Source: Thermoanaerobaculia bacterium (GTDB lineage: Bacteria; Acidobacteriota; Thermoanaerobaculia; Gp7-AA8). Taken from it: a DNA stretch of 64,000 nt. Within the stretch, counting starts at the first letter, position 1. Every line of letters starts with the position of its first letter. Below are positions 6,501 to 12,513 of this stretch, piece by piece. Under the pieces are notes generated by a model. That model ran no database searches. It was not told the origin of the DNA and saw only the letters and a list, made by a program, of their open reading frames with translations. The stretch spans positions 33,680-97,679 of the forward strand of contig DASVQE010000052.1 of NCBI GenBank assembly GCA_036389275.1. Direction: 5' to 3'. The position numbers and the translations under genes are program-made.

Positions 6501-9498
6501 TCCAGCTCCGGCCCCTCCTCCGGTATTCTTTCCGGACAATGAGAGTGTCTGGTTCGACGACGCCGTGCCTGCCGGCGCGATCACTCACGAAGTCTGGACC
6601 TGGGATACGGTCCAGCGTGCGAGCGGCACTGCGTCTCATGTAGTGAACGCACCAGCCGGCGCCGGCGGTCACTGGTTTGAAAATGCCAGTACGACGTTGA
6701 CCGTCCTTCCGGGTGAGGCGTTGTTTGTCTACGCGTACCTCGATCCCTGTAATCCGCCTCGGGAGATCATGCTCGGATGGAATGACGGGTCATGGGAGCA
6801 CCGTACCTACTGGGGCGAGAACCTGATGCCCTACGCCTCGCCCTCGGGGATGTTTCGCATCGGCGATCTGCCGCGGCAGACCGGTTGGGTGAGGCTGGAA
6901 ATGCCTGCGGATTTCGTGAACCTCGCGGGCAAGACGATCAGCGGCATGGCCTTTGACGTCTATGGTGGCCGGGCGTGGTTCGATCGCGTCGGTAAGATGA
7001 GTTGTGAGCAACCACACGCGGCAACTCCTCCACCTGCATCCGACGAAGTTCTGTGGGTCGACGACAGTCTGCCCAGCGGCGCCGTCGTAACGGGTTCATT
7101 GGAGTGGGACTCGGCCGAGCAGGCGTCGGGCAACAGTTCGTTGGTGGTCCGCGGCAACCCCGGAGCGCAAGGAGTCTGGTTCTGGCAAGCGACTGCGATG
7201 ACGCCCTCGGCCACGGAAAACCTGATGGTTCATGTCCTGATCGACCCATGTGATCCACCTCGCGAGATCATGGTGGGTTGGTACGACGGGTCGTGGGAAC
7301 ATCGAGCCTACTGGGGCGAAAACCTGATGCCGTATGCGACGCCCGCAGGAATGACGAAGTTCGGCGAAGTTCCTGTTGCGGGCGAGTGGGTGACACTGGA
7401 AATCCCGGCGTCGGCGCTGAACCTGTCGCAGCATGCAATTTCCGGAATTGCGCTAGACGTCTATGGCGGACGCGTGTGGTTTGACAGAATCGGGAAGCGT
7501 GCCTGTGCGCCGACGATCGCTGCGCCTGCGCCGTTCGCACCTGGTGAGGAAGTGTGGTTCGATGACAGCGTGCCATCGGGTGCGGTCACTCACGGCGAGT
7601 GGACTTGGGACGCCACGCAGAAAACCTCCGGCTCGTCGTCGCACACATGGACGTCGTTTCCGGAATGGAGCTGGCACTGGTTCGAACAGGCCGGCAGCGG
7701 GATGACGTTGAACGCGGGCGACAACTTGTTCGTCTACGCGCTCATCGACCCATGTGATCCTCCGCGCGAGATCATGCTGGGGTGGTTCGACGGCACGTCG
7801 TGGGATCACCGCGCATATTTCGGTGAGAACCTGATGCACGTCGCACCGGCCGCTGCCGAATTCGGAATGGGCGCAGTACCTGAAGGCGGGCAATGGGTGC
7901 GTCTGGAGGTACCCGCAACGATCGCCAACCTCGCAGGCCGTACGGTGACTGGAATGGCGTTCGATGTCTTTGGCGGGAAGGTGTGGTTCGACCGTGCCGG
8001 TAAATATTCGTGCGCGGCGGGCGTCGCTCCGCGCCCGGCCGACGACACGGAAGAGCGGGTGTGGGTCGAGGACCGGGTGCCTAACGGCGCGCGTTACTAC
8101 GGTCCGTGGGAATGGGACACAAACCAGAAAGCTGGTGGCACCAGGTCGCACTTCACGCCGCCGCTCGTCGGCTGGACCTGGCATTACTTCGAAGAGGCAA
8201 CCGAAACGCCGACGGTCGGAGCCGACGACGAATTGTTCGCCTGGGTCCTGGTCGACCCGTGTGACCCGCCGCGGTCCATCATGCTCGGTTGGAATGACGG
8301 GACGTGGGACCACCGCGCCTACTGGGGAGAAGACCTCTTCCCCGTTGCCTATGGCGGTCTGAATCGCGTGCGTGTGGGTGACGTGCCGGTCGCCGGACAA
8401 TGGGTGAAATTGCGTGTTTCGGCAGAGAGGATGGGTTTAGCAGGCAAGACCCTCAACGGAATGGATTTCGACACCTGGGGCGGAAAGGTCTGGTTCGACC
8501 GCGCGGGCGCTGAGGAGCAGAATCTGGAGCCGATGAGTGCGGACGCATTGCCCCCTCCGATGACATCGTCTACCGCCGACCGGCGCGTGACGTCTGCGTC
8601 GACGACGGAGCGAACGCTCCACTACCTCTACTCCCCTGAGCTCTCACTCATCGCCGAAACCGATTCAACAGGAAATCCAAATGGCGCCGTGACGTGGGAG
8701 TACATCTGGTTCAACGGCCAACCCCTCGCCCAAATCGAAAACGCCACCGGTGCGATCGCCTGGTACTTCAACGACCACCTCGGCACCCCACTCCTCCAGA
8801 CGGACGCCGCATCAAATGTGATCTGGCGCGCCGAATACGAACCATACGGCACCGTCCACACCCTGCGCGAAGGCCCCAATCGCCACCAACCCCTCCGTTT
8901 CCCCGGCCAGGAAGCGGAGGACCTCTCGGACCGGTCGTACAACATCTTCAGGTGGTACCGGGCGGGTTGGGGGCGGTATACGCAAGCGGATCCGATTGGC
9001 GTCGTAGGCAGAGAGTTTCCGTACGCGTCCGATAATCCCATCTTTAACAGCGACATGCTCGGCCTACTGGATACGGGAGCTCTGTTGCGGCGTCCCGTCA
9101 CGCGAGCTGTTTGTGAAGTCGCTGGCGAAACTGCCGGGTGGCTTGCAGGACGCGCGGCAGGGCTGATCACGATGCTGCTCAGCGCGAGTGATGCTAACCC
9201 AGTCGAATTTGAGGATCAGATTCGCCAGTGCGACACGTGCGTTGAGCGCCGCCGACAATGTGACGAGTTAAACACTGCCGTAGAAGAGGCGAAACGGCAT
9301 GTCGGAGATCTCGGAGCTTGCCGGGCCGGCATGAGCCGTTGGGAACTGCAGCAACGATATTCCGCCTGGCTTGCGCTGGCGACAGCCCGCGCTCGGCGCG
9401 ATGTGAAATGTTGGCGCGGTGGAGATTCAGGTCATCAGCAAGCGCAGGCGGATGCATGGTCGAATGTCGGCAATTGCGCGAGATTGTTGGGACTGTGA
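553..9498 (+). CDS. giant secreted RHS/YD-repeat polymorphic toxin (2981 aa) with a C-terminal toxin domain of unknown family
   Basis: Signal peptide [31 protein letters not shown]. An RHS start motif [13 protein letters not shown] is followed by many YD repeats such as [95 protein letters not shown] and [30 protein letters not shown]. The C-terminal RHS-associated core reads [34 protein letters not shown]...[41 protein letters not shown]. Start may instead be the in-frame GTG at 559, because GGAGG at 549-553 lies 5 nt upstream of it. Confidence 0.9.
   Translation: [2981 protein letters not shown]
650..1840 (+). repeat. four tandem ~110-aa N-terminal repeats of unknown family inside the 553..9498 CDS
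   Basis: Repeating block (T/N)YSGPD(T/E/L)FGHGTL...(Y/N)FPNT(D/A)...QR.I.VVSDD(S/Q)L.A.FSPT..SGTWT(L/I)PF(N/D)(F/V)TC..G.HY(V/I)K(A/T)RAV(A/S)CN(G/H)WS(K/D)(A/P)D(F/Y)E.WS seen at about 650, 980, 1310 and, degenerate, 1565. Two conserved Cys per unit. Confidence 0.7.
2020..5150 (+). other. RHS/YD-repeat shell region of the 553..9498 toxin
   Basis: Dense YD-repeat signature (Y.YD..G(R/N)L) throughout, beginning at FGRGWSS. Confidence 0.85.
5150..5990 (+). repeat. three tandem ~90-aa Ig-like/beta-sandwich repeats inserted after the YD region
   Basis: Three copies: [67 protein letters not shown], then [64 protein letters not shown], then [65 protein letters not shown]. Confidence 0.7.
6037..8510 (+). 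repeat. five tandem ~168-aa repeats (about 505-bp period) of an unrecognised Cys-containing domain
   Basis: Units start at about 6037, 6546, 7050, 7553 and 8060. Consensus read by eye: VWFDD..P(A/S)GA....W.WD......SG..S.........HWFE.A......G(D/E).LFVY.L(V/I)DPC(D/N)[9 protein letters not shown].DGSW(E/D)[11 protein letters not shown].......G..P..G.WVRLE.PA..LNLAG.T.(S/T)GMAFDVYGG(R/K)VWFDR(A/I)GK..C. Confidence 0.8.
8600..9063 (+). other. RHS repeat-associated core domain of the 553..9498 toxin, with a degenerate terminal cleavage motif
   Basis: [86 protein letters not shown]...[61 protein letters not shown]. The first DPIG motif is present (D-P codons at 8989-8994). The usual terminal DPxGL is replaced by SDMLGL. 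Confidence 0.8.
9064..9495 (+). other. C-terminal polymorphic toxin domain (~144 aa), family not recognisable
   Basis: [143 protein letters not shown]. No nuclease, deaminase or ADP-ribosyltransferase catalytic motifs that I can identify by eye. Confidence 0.5.
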
Positions 9499-9971
9499 AT
9501 ACGCTCCAGTTGATCGAAGAAGCCTTCAGTCATCGACGCATGCCGGTGTTGTTCTTGGTTTCGGAACAGTTGGCGATGCACGAACGTGACGACGTCATGG
9601 ACTTCTGGGGAAAACCTTGGTCGTGTGTAACCGGCTCACAACTTGAGAAGCGCTTTGACGCGATATTTTGGTTTACTCCAGAAGCGTTCTGCTACTACTT
9701 GCCCGGAATCTTCAGCGCAGGCATCAAGGAAAATAAGCCATGGCTGATCGTCAATCACTCTCTGATCAACATGCTGGATCGAAGCCCCGATCCTGGCTTT
9801 TGGGATGACTTTTTTTTCGCACGGTGGTCGAAACTTACCGCGAGAGAGTGCGAGGCGACTCAGGCTTGGATCCTATGGCTTTCCTCGTGTGACGACGGCT
9901 CTTACTCGGAGAGCGCGCTCACGCGCGCCTTCGATACGCTCGACCTACTAAAAGAACGAAAAACAGCGTGA
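9495..9971 (+). CDS. candidate immunity protein for the upstream toxin (about 159 aa from GTG 9495; alternative ATG start at 9540)
   Basis: The supplied ORF 9318..9971 extends back into the toxin CDS. The GC drop starts at about 9495, and a GTG at 9495 overlaps the toxin TGA (GTGA, 9495-9498), which is classic translational coupling. Protein VNTLQLIEEAFSHRRMPVLFLVSEQLAMHERDDVMDFWGKPWSCVTGSQLEKRFDAIFWFTPEAFCYYLPGIFSAGIKENKPWLIVNHSLINMLDRSPDPGFWDDFFFARWSKLTARECEATQAWILWLSSCDDGSYSESALTRAFDTLDLLKERKTA. Markedly AT-richer than flanks: codons such as ttt, aaa, att, tta versus a 70% GC background. Confidence 0.55.
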   Translation: MNTLQLIEEAFSHRRMPVLFLVSEQLAMHERDDVMDFWGKPWSCVTGSQLEKRFDAIFWFTPEAFCYYLPGIFSAGIKENKPWLIVNHSLINMLDRSPDPGFWDDFFFARWSKLTARECEATQAWILWLSSCDDGSYSESALTRAFDTLDLLKERKTA

Positions 9972-10289
9972 CTGGCGACGCGGCATGTTCATCAGCGTTG
10001 ACTTAGTCCGTGCCGCCGCGCGACCGCCGAGCCGTGGCGCGTGAACGCGCGACGCGGCCGTTGCAGGCGCGTGCGAAAGGAATAGGATCTCGCACTACAT
10101 CGAGTACGACACGCAGCTCTCCACCGGCCGTTCGGTGGCCGGCGGCAAGGTGCTGCGCCTCCGCTGCTACAGCCAGGCGTTCGAGTTCGTGCTGCCGGAC
10201 GACGTCGTCGCGCGCTCGCACATGATGCTGCCGCCGCGCCGCGCCCACGCGGCCGCGGCGACGCCGGTGCTGGCGCCGGTGCTCACCGC

Positions 10290-10520
10290 ATGACCGCGGC
10301 CCTCGAAATGCAAGTGACGATCGTCGACCGCGGCGAGCTCCGCGACCGCCTACGCGACCGCCTAGACCGCGCCTCGCGCCTCCTCTGCGCCGAGCACCAT
10401 CGCCCGATCGACGCGGTAATCATTCACGCCTGCGAAAACGGCTGGTTCGACGCGCGCTGGACCACCTGCTGCGAAGCGCTGGAGCGGCAGGCTGCGGCGA
10501 TCGTGAAGGAACGCTGCTGA
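10290..10520 (+). CDS. small hypothetical protein (76 aa), doubtful
   Basis: ORF MTAALEMQVTIVDRGELRDRLRDRLDRASRLLCAEHHRPIDAVIIHACENGWFDARWTTCCEALERQAAAIVKERC. No recognisable domain. In high-GC DNA an ORF this size can arise by chance. Confidence 0.2.
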   Translation: MTAALEMQVTIVDRGELRDRLRDRLDRASRLLCAEHHRPIDAVIIHACENGWFDARWTTCCEALERQAAAIVKERC

Positions 10521-10609
10521 GCGAACGCGCGCGGCACCGCTCGTCGTAGAAAATCCGCCGTTCGTCGCGCGGCCGTGCGGTAGCGGCGTTCGACGGTATC
10601 CTCGAGGCG

Positions 10610-11647
10610 ATGGCTGTGTTGGCGAAGACGGCGCGGCGGGTTGGGGTTGCGCTTGCGATTTCGGGGGCGGCTGGCGTGCTGTTGATGGGTGGGTGGGTGA
10701 ATCGCTCCAGTCTTTTCCTTCGCACGGCTATCATCGGGCTCGCCGCGGCGGCTGCCTTCTCGCTGTTCGAGGTGTGGCCGCGCGGGCTGCCGCGGTGGTT
10801 TCAGCGGTGGGTGTTGCAGGTCGTGGCGGTCGGGGTTTGCATTCCGGTCACCACGCTGCTGATTTACATCCTCTCCACCGCGCCTGGCGCGCCGCAGTTC
10901 TGGGAAGACAAGGTCCGCATGGATGGGTGGATGATGCTGACGTTCCTCGGACTGTTGATCGCGCCGTGGACGGCGCTCGCGGCGATCGTGCGGCAGAAGG
11001 AAGCGTTCGCGCGCGAGCAGAAGCTCGCCTTCGCTCTCGAGCGGAGTGAGCTCGAGCGCGAGGCCCTCGACGCGCGTTTGCATCTCTTGCAGGCGCAGGT
11101 CGCGCCGCACTTTCTCTTCAACACGCTCGCGAACGTGCAGGAGCTCGTCGACGCGGGCTCGCCGCACGCGTCGACGGTCCTGCGCAGCCTCGTCGCGTAT
11201 CTGCGCGCGGCCGTGCCGCTGCTTCACGAGCCGGCCGCAACGATCGAGCGCGAGCTCCGCCTGGTGCGGCCGTATCTCGAGCTGATGCAGATGCGCATGC
11301 CCGACCGCCTGCAGTACGCCATGCACGTCGATCCGCGGGCGCTGACGATCCGCTGTCCGCCGACGACCGTGCTCACGCTGGTCGAGAACGCGGTGCGGCA
11401 CGGCATCGATCCGAGCGAAGAAGGTGGACGCATCGACGTCGACATCGAGCGCCGCGGCGAGCGGTGTCTGGTGCGCGTCACCGACACCGGCGCCGGCCTG
11501 CGCGAATCGCCGCAAGGCCTCGGCACCGGCCTGACCACGCTGCGCGAGCGGCTGCGGATGATCTTCGGCGACGCCGCGCGCCTCAGCCTGATGAGCGCCG
11601 CACCGCGCGGCGTGACCGTGGAAGTGGAGATGCCGGCCGAGACATGA
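10610..11647 (+). CDS. LytS/AlgZ-family sensor histidine kinase (membrane-bound, PF06580-type His_kinase plus HATPase_c)
   Basis: N-terminal hydrophobic helices. HFLFNTL motif in QAQVAPHFLFNTLANVQELV is diagnostic of the LytS/YehU/AlgZ 5TM-type kinase phosphoacceptor region. ATPase N and G boxes in LVENAVRHGID...RVTDTGAGL...GTGLTTLRERL. Confidence 0.85.
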   Translation: MAVLAKTARRVGVALAISGAAGVLLMGGWVNRSSLFLRTAIIGLAAAAAFSLFEVWPRGLPRWFQRWVLQVVAVGVCIPVTTLLIYILSTAPGAPQFWEDKVRMDGWMMLTFLGLLIAPWTALAAIVRQKEAFAREQKLAFALERSELEREALDARLHLLQAQVAPHFLFNTLANVQELVDAGSPHASTVLRSLVAYLRAAVPLLHEPAATIERELRLVRPYLELMQMRMPDRLQYAMHVDPRALTIRCPPTTVLTLVENAVRHGIDPSEEGGRIDVDIERRGERCLVRVTDTGAGLRESPQGLGTGLTTLRERLRMIFGDAARLSLMSAAPRGVTVEVEMPAET

Positions 11648-12432
11648 GCGCGCGGCCGACAGCGTTGATCGCCGACGACGAGCCGCTGCTGCGCGATGCG
11701 CTGCGGCGTCAGCTCGCGAGCGTCTGGCCGGAGCTCGAGATCGTGGCCGAGGCGCGGAACGGGCGGGAGGCGGTGCGGATGTTCGATGAGCGGAGGCCCG
11801 ACGTCTGCTTTCTCGATGTGCACATGCCGGGGCTCTCCGGAGTCGATGCGGCGAATCACATCGGACGGCGCGCGCACGTCGTCTTCGTCACCGCGTACGA
11901 CCACTACGCGGTGCAGGCATTCGCGCAGGGCGTGCTCGATTACCTGCTCAAGCCGGTCGAGCAGGAGCGCCTCGCCGAGACCGTGAGCCGGCTGAAGGAG
12001 CGTCTGCAATCGTCGCGGCCGGCGACCAACAGCGAGCAGTTGTTGCAGGAGCTCGCGGCGCAGCTCGCGAACCTGCAGGCGGCGCCGAAGCGGGAGCCGC
12101 TGCGCTGGATCCGCGCGCAGGCTGGCAAAACGCTGCGGCTGATCGCGGTCGACGACGTCGACTTTCTGCGCGCCGACGCCAAGTACACGATCGTCGGCTG
12201 GCGCGACGGAGGAAAGGCGGCGGAGGCGGTGGTACGGACGCCTGTGAAGGAGTTGCTCGAGCAGCTCGATCCCGATCATTTCGTGCAGGTGCATCGCTCT
12301 GTGGTCGTCAATCTCCGCTCGATCAGCCACGTGCGGCGTCACGACAACGAGACCGCGGAAATTCACCTCAAAGGGCGGGCCGAGGTGCTGCCGGTGAGCC
12401 GGAATTACATGCACATCTTCCGGCAGATGTGA
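11644..12432 (+). CDS. LytTR-family response regulator (REC plus LytTR DNA-binding domain)
   Basis: Supplied ORF starts at 11464, but the likely start is ATG 11644, overlapping the kinase stop (ATGA). REC domain: MSARPTALIADDEPLLRDALRRQL...DVCFLDVHMPGLSGVDAA...VVFVTAYDHYAVQAF. C-terminal LytTR: LIAVDDVDFLRADAKYTIV...ELLEQLDPDHFVQVHRSVVVNLRSISHV. Confidence 0.85.
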   Translation: MSARPTALIADDEPLLRDALRRQLASVWPELEIVAEARNGREAVRMFDERRPDVCFLDVHMPGLSGVDAANHIGRRAHVVFVTAYDHYAVQAFAQGVLDYLLKPVEQERLAETVSRLKERLQSSRPATNSEQLLQELAAQLANLQAAPKREPLRWIRAQAGKTLRLIAVDDVDFLRADAKYTIVGWRDGGKAAEAVVRTPVKELLEQLDPDHFVQVHRSVVVNLRSISHVRRHDNETAEIHLKGRAEVLPVSRNYMHIFRQM

Positions 12433-12513
12433 CGCGCCGCCGTTCGTCCGCGCGAATCCGCCGTCCGTCGCAAACGGCTGGAATGCGCGGGCAGAAGGCG
12501 CGACATTGGCGGC

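Noticed and set aside
9318-9494. Upstream extension of the immunity-gene ORF (supplied start 9318) overlapping the toxin C-terminus
   Set aside because: It would overlap the toxin CDS by about 180 nt in another frame. The GC drop and a coupled GTGA start occur at 9495, so the upstream part is a chance open frame.
10003-10293. Possible gene remnant between the immunity gene and the histidine kinase (frame ending TGA 10291-10293, peptide ...HYIEYDTQLSTGRSVAGGKVLRLRCYSQAFEFVLPDDVVARSHMM...)
   Set aside because: There is no start codon giving at least 60 aa and no recognisable domain. This is not enough to call a pseudogene or orphan toxin/immunity fragment.
11464-11643. Long N-terminal extension of the response-regulator ORF (supplied start 11464)
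   Set aside because: The extension is an Arg-rich frame overlapping the kinase C-terminus. The REC domain begins at the ATG at 11644, which overlaps the kinase stop in the usual ATGA arrangement.
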